From a virus (taxonomy: Duplodnaviria; Caudoviricetes): 64,000 nt of DNA. Shown here piece by piece: positions 38,357 through 47,774 of this stretch (the stretch's first letter is position 1; each line of letters opens with the position of its first letter). The stretch lies in IMG/VR virus record IMGVR_UViG_3300044446_000019, positions 12-64,011 of that record, one strand, 5' to 3'. Both the position numbers and the translations under genes were made by a program. The notes under the pieces are model-generated. The model worked only from the letters and a program-made list of their open reading frames with translations, searched no databases and was not told where the DNA came from.

Positions 38357-38707
38357 CTATCCAGTCGTCGGAGGTAGGGTCGCTGGTGCAGGTGCTGCTG
38401 CCGGCTGGGGGGGTCCAGCTGGCGCCTCTGCTGAGGGAGCCGGGGCTTGGTCCCCCGCAGTGCTGGCCCCGGCTTCCTCACCACCCGTCTTCTTGACGAT
38501 CGAAAACCGGGAGTTCAGTTGCATAGCCAGAAGCTCTTGCTCCTCGCGCGCTGCGTCGTCCCCACCCTCAGCCACTGGAGCAGCGACCGGGTCTACTGGC
38601 GCCGCTGGAGTCACAGCAGCGTCGGGTGCGGCCGCAGGCGTAGCCCCTGCCCCCGGAACTACTGCTGGTACGGGTGCCACGGCTGGCTGCGGTACCGGGT
38701 TAGTCAT
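38357..38707 (-). CDS. Pro/Ala-rich protein
   Basis: ORF overlapping the protease stop. Confidence 0.55.
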   Translation of the reverse strand: MTNPVPQPAVAPVPAVVPGAGATPAAAPDAAVTPAAPVDPVAAPVAEGGDDAAREEQELLAMQLNSRFSIVKKTGGEEAGASTAGDQAPAPSAEAPAGPPQPAAAPAPATLPPTTG

Positions 38708-41006
38708 CGACGTCCTCCAGCATCTGCTTCAGGCGCTCGGCCCGGTCTTCCTGGGCCTGCATCTCCCTCAGCTTCGCGATGACCCCGTACGCCAGTGCGT
38801 CCATGTCCACAATGGGAGTGTCCGGTTGGATGCCGAAGTTCGGAAGCTCGTAGCCGGTCGGCGCGATGTCGTCTTCCGGGTACACGACCCCGGCTGCGAC
38901 GAGACTGAACTGCTCGTCTCCGTCCATGGCGTACACCGGGAAAGCAGGGACATTAACCGCGAGGGCAGCAGTAAGTTCCAGGTGCCCATCCACGCCTCGC
39001 CAGTCTCCGGAGATCGGCGAACGACGCAGCTTCGCAACCTTGCGTGGAGTGGCGTCAGGAACGACGGCGCCAGCAACCCAGATGCCGTAATCATCTTCAC
39101 CAGCTCGGACGACAGCCACCTCATCACCGGTGTCGTCATAGTGAATCGCCGCAGCGGCGTACCCCAGACGTACGTCAGCGTGGCGCGTGTCCTGGACAAT
39201 CTTTCCCACCTTCACAGTTTCGCCTTCGGCTGTTACTACGGAGCCTAGGTGGAAGGGGGCGTACTCCTTGAACGACTTTGGGGCTAGGACACACGAACGA
39301 TTGGAGACGTCACGGTGGCATTCATTCCACGCAGCAAGGTGGCCATACACCTGGCCAGCTGCGGTAATTGTGAGTGGTGTCTTCTCGGTGAGAACCGGGT
39401 CGGAGAACCAAGCCCGTGGTGGAGCGAGCGGGAAAAGACTTTCGTCCGCCGAGTAAGTCTGATCTGCCGAGTGACTGGCATCAGCATTGACGCCCACGCC
39501 GAACTTCTTCAAGGCTGCCTGAATCTTTCCCTTGATGACTGACAACTGCTCGGGGGTGTACTCCTCGGCGTTCTTTGGAACATTGATGTATGCCCATGCA
39601 GCCTTGGCGTGCTCCATGGTGTCGATCGGGTAGCGCTTCTTGTTGTCCCGGTAGCCAGGGTCGGCGTACTTCACATCCCCATACGGCTCCTGCTTATCTG
39701 CCATGGCAAACTGCTGCCCTTCATTTTCTGGACGATCCCACGGTGCACGGAGACTGCTGTCATTGAACTCGTCCGCCATCACCCGGTAGATGTCGGTGAT
39801 GACGTTACGGATGGCGTTCTTGTCCTGTTCGGACACAGACGGAAGACCGCCATGGGCGCCGGAGATCAGCGCGGCGGCGGCATAGATGGCGTGGAATACC
39901 ATCGTCAGCTCGCCGTTGAGCACGTCACCTATCGGCATCCGGTACGAGGTGGTCTGCGTTTCCGGGAGTCGAGGGTCCCGCCAGAGGAACGCTCGGTGGA
40001 GCTTAGCGACGTCAACACCCTCTGGCGTGGTATTGGCCCAGGCTGCGATCCGCTTGACCGCGTCGTCGTTGTCAAAGGGGATATCACGAGGTGCCAGGGC
40101 GAGTCCCTCCCAGCCGGACGGGTTGATCGCGTAGGCGTCACCTTTCGCACCCAGATCCGCACTGTGCCCGCACCCGCAATCGCCACCACCGTTGATGGAC
40201 TCGGGGTCCCCGATGGTGATGGACATGTCGGGGTCATCGTCATCCCAATCGTCGTGTCCCATGGACCGCAGACGCATGTCGTCGAACGCGGCAGTGGACA
40301 CCAGGGTCGCATCCCCGATGACGTACTGGGAGGTGTACTCCCCGCCGTTGGCCGGGTTGACGGAGGTAATGACCTTGCCACCGGGTCCGACGCTGGCCCC
40401 AGCTACTCCCTGCTCCACCATGTACTGGGCAACCTTGGACTCGGGCACCATATCCGAATCGAGCCAGTCACCCCAGCCCCACAGATACTCGTCTCCCTTG
40501 TGGTCAGGTCCACTCGTCAAACCCATGATTCGGCCGACGGTGACCGCCCCCTCGTGGCCAGGACCGTCCGCCTTCCTCCACTTCAACGGGAGTGGCAATG
40601 TCCGGTGCGAGAACGCTCCCGGCTCGAACACCCTCATCCGACGGGGTTCCGCAGTCGGGACACCAATAGGTGCAAGTGGCCCCATCCATAGACGTGGACC
40701 AAGAGAGGGTTGCCTGTCCAGTAAGCCCGCAGCCGCAGTCAAACTGAACTCGTCGTCGGGCTCGGCGTACACGGAATGCTTGTGCGGTTCGGCGGACCCA
40801 TGTCCGGGGGGACCACCAGTGGCCTTGGTATGAAGGATGTTGCATAGCCCCTCCGGGTTCTTGGGGAAGTACTTGGTCAGTGCCCGGACGCAACGCTTGA
40901 AGTCACCGGGTACGTTCCACCGGATCTTGATAGCTCCCTTGCCTGCCAACCAGTAGCGCTGAAGTGCGGCCGGCATCCCACGAGCCGGGTTGGGGTCCAC
41001 CATCAC
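38700..41006 (-). CDS. Capsid maturation protease-like multidomain protein
   Basis: LPLPL..., H.GAV.VGRI, GHLA.W..CH, GED.YGIWVAG, SGDWR, ALAVN.P.FP; internal PYGDVKYADPG domain. Confidence 0.8.
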   Translation of the reverse strand: MMVDPNPARGMPAALQRYWLAGKGAIKIRWNVPGDFKRCVRALTKYFPKNPEGLCNILHTKATGGPPGHGSAEPHKHSVYAEPDDEFSLTAAAGLLDRQPSLGPRLWMGPLAPIGVPTAEPRRMRVFEPGAFSHRTLPLPLKWRKADGPGHEGAVTVGRIMGLTSGPDHKGDEYLWGWGDWLDSDMVPESKVAQYMVEQGVAGASVGPGGKVITSVNPANGGEYTSQYVIGDATLVSTAAFDDMRLRSMGHDDWDDDDPDMSITIGDPESINGGGDCGCGHSADLGAKGDAYAINPSGWEGLALAPRDIPFDNDDAVKRIAAWANTTPEGVDVAKLHRAFLWRDPRLPETQTTSYRMPIGDVLNGELTMVFHAIYAAAALISGAHGGLPSVSEQDKNAIRNVITDIYRVMADEFNDSSLRAPWDRPENEGQQFAMADKQEPYGDVKYADPGYRDNKKRYPIDTMEHAKAAWAYINVPKNAEEYTPEQLSVIKGKIQAALKKFGVGVNADASHSADQTYSADESLFPLAPPRAWFSDPVLTEKTPLTITAAGQVYGHLAAWNECHRDVSNRSCVLAPKSFKEYAPFHLGSVVTAEGETVKVGKIVQDTRHADVRLGYAAAAIHYDDTGDEVAVVRAGEDDYGIWVAGAVVPDATPRKVAKLRRSPISGDWRGVDGHLELTAALAVNVPAFPVYAMDGDEQFSLVAAGVVYPEDDIAPTGYELPNFGIQPDTPIVDMDALAYGVIAKLREMQAQEDRAERLKQMLEDVDD

Positions 41007-41725
41007 CGGCCTCCTTCGTTAACGATTACTAAGTCGCATCTACAGCCAACCACTTCATCAGCTGGTCCTTGCGGATCTCCGGGAAACAACATCGGATAGC
41101 CGCCAACGTTGAACGGTTGATACAGCGGGAGGGTGACTCCGTCTATCGCAGAATGAGTCGGTCGTACCCGGGAGTCATGTTCGGTACGCCAGCGCTTCTG
41201 CAAGAGACGCCCGGTAACACGTGACTGCTCCAGACCTGCTGCCGTCGTTCCAGCTCCGTAGGCACGGGTGACTTCAGTAATAGCGATGACTCGGGCTCGG
41301 TTGGCCCACCGTTCTGACCCCGTTGTTTCAAGGACTGCATCGACCATCCGCGCAATGTCGTCGGTACTGCCACCGGCGTTGACCCCATCGACGATCTCCC
41401 CAAAGACAAGGTTGTAAACCTCGTCCGGGATGCGGACGAGGAAGTTCTGGGTCTGCGCCAGTTGAGCAACGACGAAAGCGTGACGGGACACTGGTGGCAC
41501 ATCGGTGGCCTCCACCCAGGCGTGCATGGAAATCTGACCCAACACGGTCAGGATGGTGTCGGTGCTCCACTGGTCCTGGGCTTGGAAGACGCCGCTGGGG
41601 TCGGGCATCCCTTTCCAGCCACGGAACGGGGCCATCACCTTGGTCCGGGCAGCGTTAATGAACCGATCCAGCGCTGACTTGACTACACCGAAGACCTTGT
41701 TCTCATCTGCGTCACGATTCGCCAT
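41003..41725 (-). CDS. MuF-like minor head protein
   Basis: RARVIA.TE...K.W...DSRVRPTH...DG...FPGDP...EVVGCRC. Confidence 0.85.
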   Translation of the reverse strand: MANRDADENKVFGVVKSALDRFINAARTKVMAPFRGWKGMPDPSGVFQAQDQWSTDTILTVLGQISMHAWVEATDVPPVSRHAFVVAQLAQTQNFLVRIPDEVYNLVFGEIVDGVNAGGSTDDIARMVDAVLETTGSERWANRARVIAITEVTRAYGAGTTAAGLEQSRVTGRLLQKRWRTEHDSRVRPTHSAIDGVTLPLYQPFNVGGYPMLFPGDPQGPADEVVGCRCDLVIVNEGGR

Positions 41726-43640
41726 GGAGGAAGCCCTGTCGCGACAGCATTTCCCAGAGGAGACCGGCTTCGTGTGGACGCTCAGCTTCCAGCAGCGTGG
41801 AGCAGTAGCGGTGCAGAGTGACGGCCAGCTCGGGGTCCTGGAGTTGTGGCATCTCCAGGAACTCGGCGAGCGCGGGCATCTGGTCCCACGCCCCGGTGAG
41901 TAGCTTGGAAGCACCACCAGCCTGCACTTTGACCTTGGTGTGCAGCGAATAGGCGGGAGTGTCCTGCATTGTCCGATGATGATTACCGACTAGTCGCTTT
42001 CCGGCGACTTCGAGCGCACGCAAAACCGCCATATTCGCGACAGCAAACACGGCTTGCGTTCCGGGGACCACGGAGGCGGAAGCAGTTATCCCAGGTGGCT
42101 GACTGGAGTTTGGTGCAGTTGGTCCACCTGGTGTGGACAGGGCCGACGAGTCTTGCGGCATCGGCGATGGTCCGGTGGGCTGGATTCCGGTAGGTGGAGC
42201 AGGGGGCGGTGGAGGACCCGCCCCCTGCTGACCGGGTACCTGTGGCGTCACGACGGTATTCGGGGGAAGAATTTCGTCGGTGTACCCGGCGATCTTGCGT
42301 ACCGCTGGGATCTGGAACAGCGTCGGGTCGCGTTCCATCAGGGTGCGGGTGAAGTACATCAGGTCTTCCTCGCGACTGGGCTTGTCGCTCAGCTTGAAGT
42401 CACCAGCAAGGATGACCGCTTCGTCCGAGATGATGTGTTTTTCGTTCAGATTCAGGGCGTCCTTCAGTCGCTCCGGGCGTACGGTCAGCGGAGCGGTGTC
42501 GAACCAGAAGACGAACCGGTCCGGGTCTTCCTTGATCGCCTTCAGAGCCGGGGTCAGGTACGCCGTGGTCAGGGCGTCACAAATCCGAGTCATCAGGGGT
42601 TCAATGTGGATCTTTATATTCGCTTCTTCGACGTGCCAGGCGCTCCAGTGGTTTGCATCGCCAGTGCCTGTGAGGATCTCCGGAGCGATATCCATAGCCA
42701 GGGCGAAACGACGGATGGCCTCTGCGCGGAGGTCCAGCGCCTGTTTGCTGAGATCCGAACCGAAGGTGACCATCTCGATCTTGCCGAGGGCATCCATCGG
42801 TACCTCGACGAACATGGGCACGACACCTGCTGCGGTCCCCTCACCCTTCAGCGACCGGGACCCAGCTTTCATCATCGCCTGGGTGAGACCCTCAGCCCCA
42901 GGGACAGTGACGTCGTTACTGTCGTCCGGGAAGGACGCCTCTTTCGGGATGGGAACCATGCCCGCTGAGATCAGCCGAGAATCGATCTGGGCGAAGACGT
43001 ACCGGGTTAGTCGCTCGATCTCCCAGAGCATCGGCATAGCCGCACGGGTAGGCGAGTCCGCCCACAGAGAACGACGCGGATGGGGCGTCCAGACCCGGAT
43101 GACAATGTCCTTGTCCAGGTCCAGTGATTCTTTAGTGCCGTCCGGATACAGCTGCTGAACGTTGCCGTTCCAACGCTTGAGCTCGGAACAACTGACGATG
43201 TACCACTCGTCAGCTTCGTTGTCACGGACCGCGCCCCGGCCCACGATGTAGCAATCACCCGCAACAGTGAGATTGATACCCAACATCCGCAGGGCTTCCG
43301 ACTGTGCCGCTGGGGAACCGAACATGTTCTCTGCAACGGCGGCGACCTTCGGCTTCTTCGTCTCCTGCTGGACGCGACCGTTCTTGTCAACCTCAGCCAC
43401 ATAGATGCGGACCCTGGAGCACGCGGACCCGATCCAGTTCGCCGCGAACCTCAGCTCACCGATGATGTCGTACAGGCGCCAGACTTCCTGCTGCCACGAG
43501 TCATCACCGAAGCGATAGGTCCGCCATCCCTGCCCGTCAATGTTCCTAATCCGGGCGGCGGAGGCAATCAGTGAAGTGAGTTCCGAAGGGTGTTCCGGTT
43601 CCGGTGCGGCAACTGGGGCCTTGGGCCGGCGGATTCCCAT
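41712..43640 (-). CDS. Portal protein
   Basis: WQQE.W..YD.IGELRF, RVW.PHP...ADSP, PEILTG...NHWSAW. Confidence 0.9.
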   Translation of the reverse strand: MGIRRPKAPVAAPEPEHPSELTSLIASAARIRNIDGQGWRTYRFGDDSWQQEVWRLYDIIGELRFAANWIGSACSRVRIYVAEVDKNGRVQQETKKPKVAAVAENMFGSPAAQSEALRMLGINLTVAGDCYIVGRGAVRDNEADEWYIVSCSELKRWNGNVQQLYPDGTKESLDLDKDIVIRVWTPHPRRSLWADSPTRAAMPMLWEIERLTRYVFAQIDSRLISAGMVPIPKEASFPDDSNDVTVPGAEGLTQAMMKAGSRSLKGEGTAAGVVPMFVEVPMDALGKIEMVTFGSDLSKQALDLRAEAIRRFALAMDIAPEILTGTGDANHWSAWHVEEANIKIHIEPLMTRICDALTTAYLTPALKAIKEDPDRFVFWFDTAPLTVRPERLKDALNLNEKHIISDEAVILAGDFKLSDKPSREEDLMYFTRTLMERDPTLFQIPAVRKIAGYTDEILPPNTVVTPQVPGQQGAGPPPPPAPPTGIQPTGPSPMPQDSSALSTPGGPTAPNSSQPPGITASASVVPGTQAVFAVANMAVLRALEVAGKRLVGNHHRTMQDTPAYSLHTKVKVQAGGASKLLTGAWDQMPALAEFLEMPQLQDPELAVTLHRYCSTLLEAERPHEAGLLWEMLSRQGFLHGES

Positions 43641-43642
43641 TG

Positions 43643-43933
43643 CTACTCCCTGTCAGCCATACGAAGGAAAATGGCTGCCGCCATGGACCCGGCAGGGATA
43701 GAGAAAGCCGCGAGGACCCACTGGTTGGGCCAGAAAACGGCCACCGGCAGTAGGACCGAAAACCACATGGACATACACCAGGGTGCGCAGTGGACCAGCT
43801 TAGTGATCAAGGTATCGGTGCCGAAACGGTTGATGATGGCCCTGCGAAACCCGACGGTGAGGTCATCCTCGGCAATGAGCCGAGCGAGCCGGGCTGCGGC
43901 GAAGGCGGCCACGATCAGGGTAAGGACCAGCAC
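43643..43933 (-). CDS. DUF1360-like membrane protein
   Basis: ARL.RLI..D...C.PWCMSMW. Confidence 0.7.
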   Translation of the reverse strand: MLVLTLIVAAFAAARLARLIAEDDLTVGFRRAIINRFGTDTLITKLVHCAPWCMSMWFSVLLPVAVFWPNQWVLAAFSIPAGSMAAAIFLRMADRE

Positions 43934-43992
43934 GTCTACTACTCTAACGGGATCAAGACCACAAGAGGTAGATAGCACACGGCTCTAACATT

Positions 43993-44020
43993 TTGGACAT
44001 TGCCTGGGGAGGGGTAGGGT
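43993..44020 (+). promoter_or_regulatory. Putative + strand promoter for array 4
   Basis: TTGGAC...GGGGAGGGG-TAGGGT ending 13 nt before the first CGAC. Confidence 0.55.
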
Positions 44021-44033
44021 GATGGAGACAATT

Positions 44034-44426
44034 CGACGCGCTTCATGTTCTTACTGTTCTCCTCCGACTCGCCGGATCGCCCCAATATCATCCGACTTCC
44101 CTCGACAGCTCTTTCCATCCCGACCCTCTCGACGAATCTCCACTGCGCCGGTCGGACCCGACGAATCTCCACTTCTCACTCCCGTGTCGACTACCCGTCT
44201 CGTCTCCGACATGCCTAACCAAGTCGCCCCAACCCATCCGACACGTCTATATCTCTCCGGATTCCGGTCTGGTGCTGGCTCGTTCCGAGCTGACATATCG
44301 CGTCCTCTTACTTCCACCTCCGACATGTCAAACCTCCCCGAATCCGTTCCGACTGCCCCTATCCGCCCGGGTCAGGTCTCCCTCGACAAGCCGGGCCATT
44401 CCGACCCGAGTCTCATACGACTTACC
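44034..44426 (+). repeat. CGAC-(NNNNC)n array 4 (about 12 units), between terL and the DUF1360 gene
   Basis: e.g. CGAC gaatc tccac tgcgc cggtc ggacc CGAC; CGAC atgtc aaacc tcccc gaatc cgttc CGAC. Confidence 0.85.
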
Positions 44427-45858
44427 ACTGCGGTTGGAGCTGGGACAGGTCGTAAAACTCCTGGCCCAGGTTCCACTCCTGCGCGGAGGGTTGAGCGATC
44501 TTCATGACGCGACGCTCTCCGCGCATCAGGTGGAGGCAGCCATGAACAAGGGCATCCATCCGGTCGGGAGATTCCCTTGTGGACTCGGGATCGAACATGG
44601 TCATCTCGGTTTCGAGGTCGTCCCACTCACCGACCATGTGTAGCCGGCCCTGTTCGCAGCGCATGGCTACCGGCTCAGCTCTTGTACGTTTGCCATGTTT
44701 CGCGTGCACAGGATACATAGATGGAGAGCTATGTTCAGGGAAAAGACCGAGAGTTATCGACTCTTTGAAGGCATCCTGCAATACTTCCGCGAGATACCTT
44801 TTGCCGAGGTTCTCCTCGTAGACGAGGGTATCGGCGCCCCACTTAGACATTGCTCGCCAGGCTGCCAAAGCTGCTGTGCGACCACTCTGTTCGACACTGG
44901 CGTCCTCAAGCACATAGAGATCGTTGTTCACGGTCCGCGCAACGACCACGATCCCGAACAGGTCGTCCTCACCGGTCAGGTTTGGGTCCACTCCAACAAT
45001 GGTGCTGACGATGTCAGTCGGGATTTCAGTCACGCGACCCTTGACTATGTCCATCCGTTTGAATAGGCCACCGGCCCCCAGTTCCAGTAGCTTCCCGTAC
45101 AGCTCCTGTTGACCCAGATCTGAGTCCGCGTACCGGATCTTCAACTCCCGCAGCACATGCGCGGACAAGTTGGTCGCGTTGTCGAAAGTAGAACCCCCCA
45201 TAATGTGGATGGTCCCGTCATCACGCTTCACCCACTCCTGAAGCAGCTTGATTGGCTTCGGCGTAGTGGTGGCGAAGCAGCGAGGATGGTCGTCCATCAA
45301 GTCAGTACGTAAAGACGGGAGGATCCCCTCATACCAGCTCTCATACGACTTCGGCCATTTACAGATCTCATCTACCCAGGCGCCGGCCGCGTTATAACCT
45401 CGGCCCACGTCCTCATCGTCCGCCCCTTCGGCGTAGATCCGAGACCCGTCTGGGAACAGAACCATCGGCCGTGGGCTCTGCTTATACCGAAAGTCAATGC
45501 CCCGACGTGTGAGTACGCGCAGCAGACCTGCTGGACCCTCCATACAGATCGTTCGAGTGTCAGCCAGGGTCTCACCGATCAGCAACCACTCAGTTGGTTG
45601 CCCGTTACGGTCGAATGGATGTTGCAGAACCTTTTCCACGAGCCACTCTGCCCCTGCTCGGGATTTCCCCCAGCCGCGCCCCGCGAGTGCCAGTGCTACC
45701 AGCCAATTCCCCGGTGGTGGCACCTGCTCCGGGCGGGCTGTCCACCACCACTCCCCGCGATTGATCTCCAGCAGCATGTTCAGGGGTAGCGACCTGATCC
45801 AGCTGTCCCGCTCATGGGCAGGGAGCTTAGCCACCCGTTGTGCCAGAGATAAACCCAT
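44422..45858 (-). CDS. terL: Terminase large subunit
   Basis: AGRGWGKSR Walker A, WVDE Walker B, VGVDP and SPDRMDA nuclease motifs. Confidence 0.95.
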   Translation of the reverse strand: MGLSLAQRVAKLPAHERDSWIRSLPLNMLLEINRGEWWWTARPEQVPPPGNWLVALALAGRGWGKSRAGAEWLVEKVLQHPFDRNGQPTEWLLIGETLADTRTICMEGPAGLLRVLTRRGIDFRYKQSPRPMVLFPDGSRIYAEGADDEDVGRGYNAAGAWVDEICKWPKSYESWYEGILPSLRTDLMDDHPRCFATTTPKPIKLLQEWVKRDDGTIHIMGGSTFDNATNLSAHVLRELKIRYADSDLGQQELYGKLLELGAGGLFKRMDIVKGRVTEIPTDIVSTIVGVDPNLTGEDDLFGIVVVARTVNNDLYVLEDASVEQSGRTAALAAWRAMSKWGADTLVYEENLGKRYLAEVLQDAFKESITLGLFPEHSSPSMYPVHAKHGKRTRAEPVAMRCEQGRLHMVGEWDDLETEMTMFDPESTRESPDRMDALVHGCLHLMRGERRVMKIAQPSAQEWNLGQEFYDLSQLQPQW

Positions 45859-45901
45859 GTGTCCACATTAGGCGCTTTCGCTCACGGTGAATAAGAACCA
45901 G

Positions 45902-45930
45902 TTGCATCCCCAGGGGAGGGGAGCTACGGT
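45902..45930 (+). promoter_or_regulatory. Promoter of the rightward operon
   Basis: TTGCAT-17 bp-TACGGT with GGGGAGGGG in the spacer. Confidence 0.65.
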
Positions 45931-45936
45931 TGCAAC

Positions 45937-46194
45937 ATGAGCAACGATCACCTGGAAGATCACGAACTCATTGCCATGACTCAGCAATACGACCAGACAC
46001 CAGACGGTGAGTACGTCACCCACCTGGCCTACGCTGAGATCAACCGGCAAGGGGCAGCCGGTCGTCAGTGGGCGAAGTGTCCCAACTGCGGCGACCCTTA
46101 CCCACTAGACAGGGAAGGGGCAGGTGACACAGTCTGTAGTACGAAATGCTTCGATGAGTATTTGATCTACGTGACAAATGAATCGGGCTTCTAG
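45937..46194 (+). CDS. Small Zn-finger protein
   Basis: CPNCG...CSTKC. Confidence 0.65.
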   Translation: MSNDHLEDHELIAMTQQYDQTPDGEYVTHLAYAEINRQGAAGRQWAKCPNCGDPYPLDREGAGDTVCSTKCFDEYLIYVTNESGF

Positions 46195-46296
46195 CTTGGC
46201 AAAGCAACACCGACCGGTCAAAAAGGAAATTGACCTTAAACCGGGACGGCCAGATTCGGAGGGGAGTTGTCTGGTTGCCAAAAAACCCCTTCGCCC

Positions 46297-46369
46297 GGAT
46301 CCATAGCTCAGAGGTGAGAGCAGTGGTCTTATATACCACCGGTCGCAGGTTCGAATCCTGCTGGATCTA
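46297..46369 (+). tRNA. tRNA-Ile(TAT)
   Basis: GGATCCA/TGGATCT acceptor; GTGGT-CTTATAT-ACCAC anticodon arm; GCAGG-TTCGAAT-CCTGC T arm. Confidence 0.85.
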
Positions 46370-46459
46370 CGTGGCGGCAGGTCCGATAACTAGCCTAGTG
46401 CCGTTAGCATGACGCATCCAGGATGGAAACTCACCCTGCCGCCACCCGCAACTTCATAT

Positions 46460-46541
46460 GTAGGTACGCCACAGATGGTGAGGTGGGCCTGGCTGTAAAC
46501 CAGGTGCTTCGGCTGAGGGAGTTCGAATCTCTCTACCTGCA
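46460..46541 (+). tRNA. tRNA-Tyr(GTA)
   Basis: CCTGG-CTGTAAA-CCAGG; long variable arm; T arm. Confidence 0.85.
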
Positions 46542-46542
46542 C

Positions 46543-46616
46543 GGACCCGTAGCTCAGCCTGGCAGAGCAGTGGCCTCTTAAGCCGACGGTCGCAGGTTCA
46601 AATCCTGCTGGGTCCA
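46543..46616 (+). tRNA. tRNA-Lys(CTT)
   Basis: GGACCCG/TGGGTCC acceptor; loop CTCTTAA; imperfect anticodon stem. Confidence 0.75.
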
Positions 46617-46724
46617 CGCCCTACGCAAGGTTCGCAAGGGTGTAGCGGGGGCTCGTCTATTGGTGGAGCCCATCAAGCGCAACGACTGGCCCCCGCTACT
46701 TTCAACTTCAATCTGAGGAGCAAC

Positions 46725-47453
46725 ATGACTGAGCTACATCAGATCCTCGCCATCGAGAAGGGCACCAAGGCACGCAGCTACCGTGCTCTGACCGATGCGC
46801 ACCACCTGCTACAGAACCAGACGAAGCTGTCGGGTCTGTCGCGTACCTACCGGCCGAAGGATGACGACGGTGACCGTCTGCCGTCGGAGACCACCCGGCT
46901 GCAGGTCCACGCGAGTGATGTCCTGCAGACGGTTCGGACTGCACTGACTGAGCTGTTCGACGTCGAGCTGACGAAGGACGCGGCGAACCAGGTGGCGATG
47001 GCTGACATTGTGGTCGACGGCATCATCATCGCCAGCAACGTTCCGGTGTCCTATCTCCTGTTCCTGGAGAAGCAGCTCACCGACCTGAACACGTTCGTGG
47101 ACAAGCTTCCGGTGCTGGACCCGGCTGAGTCGTGGGAGTTTGACTCGGGCAGCGATGCCTACGTCACCTCCGTGGAGACGACCCGGACGAAGAAGATCCC
47201 GCGCAACCACGTGAAGGCTGAGGCCACTGACCGCCACCCGGCGCAGGTGGAGCTGTACTTCGAAGATGTGACGGTCGGCTACTGGACCACGATCAAGTTC
47301 TCTGGGGCACTGCCGCAGTCGGACGTGAACGAATTCAAGACCCGGATCGTGAAGCTGTCCAACGCGGTCAAGGAAGCCCGCGAGGAGGCGAACAGCTTCA
47401 GTGTGGAGCGTCGCACCATCGGCCAGGATGTGTTCAACTACCTGTTCGACTAG
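46725..47453 (+). CDS. Conserved coiled-coil protein (DUF7873-like) upstream of tRNA-like RNAs
   Basis: LHQILAIEKG.K...GLSRTYRPKDDDG..LP.E...VPVSYLLFLEKQL.D...HPAQV...ARE.AN. Confidence 0.75.
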   Translation: MTELHQILAIEKGTKARSYRALTDAHHLLQNQTKLSGLSRTYRPKDDDGDRLPSETTRLQVHASDVLQTVRTALTELFDVELTKDAANQVAMADIVVDGIIIASNVPVSYLLFLEKQLTDLNTFVDKLPVLDPAESWEFDSGSDAYVTSVETTRTKKIPRNHVKAEATDRHPAQVELYFEDVTVGYWTTIKFSGALPQSDVNEFKTRIVKLSNAVKEAREEANSFSVERRTIGQDVFNYLFD

Positions 47454-47460
47454 CTACACC

Positions 47461-47529
47461 GGGTCAGGCATGAGCAAGCCCCAGGACACTGTCTACACCC
47501 TGGTCCAGGTTCGATTCCTGGATGACCCA
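47461..47529 (+). ncRNA. tRNA-like element 1
   Basis: GGGTCA/TGACCC-A acceptor and CCAGG-TTCGATT-CCTGG T arm; non-canonical D/anticodon arms. Confidence 0.55.
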
Positions 47530-47538
47530 CTGCCCTTC

Positions 47539-47626
47539 GGGGCTGGCACAAGTTCAACTTCAAACTCAAGCGCAAGATAAATGGACGCCTCGTCCAGTGC
47601 AGGTTCGAAGCCTGCCCCCGGCTCCA
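47539..47626 (+). ncRNA. tRNA-like element 2 with a (CAANNN)5 insert
   Basis: GGGGCTGG/CCGGCTCC-A acceptor; GCAGG-TTCGAAG-CCTGC T arm; caagtt caactt caaact caagcg caagat. Confidence 0.6.
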
Positions 47627-47629
47627 CAT

Positions 47630-47770
47630 GCCGGGGTAGCCCAATCGGTAGAGGCAGCGAGGACCAAATTCAACTTATGCCTCAATCTCAAGCTAAGCCG
47701 TCAGTGCACCGGCTCGACCGGTTCCGATCTGTTCTTCCAGTCGCGGGTTCGATCCCCGCCCCGGCCTCCA
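47630..47770 (+). ncRNA. tRNA-like element 3 with an expanded anticodon region containing hexamer repeats
   Basis: GCCGGGG-TAGCCCAATCGGTAGAGGC 5' half; caaatt caactt atgcct caatct caagct; GCGGG-TTCGATC-CCCGC T arm and CCCGGC 3' stem. Confidence 0.65.
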
Positions 47771-47774
47771 ACGT

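Noticed and set aside
32338-39248. Many long + strand ORFs opposite the head genes (also opposite portal, tape measure and MCP)
   Set aside because: Antisense shadows of high-GC coding sequence, with no RBS or motifs.
44019-44507. 162-aa + strand ORF over array 4
   Set aside because: The S/P/R/T-rich translation is explained by the C-periodic array and runs antisense into terL; a leaderless peptide cannot be fully excluded.
47630-47770. Intron-containing tRNA or tmRNA
   Set aside because: The insert is too short for a group I intron, I could not identify a splice motif, and there is no tmRNA tag ORF; kept as a tRNA-like ncRNA.
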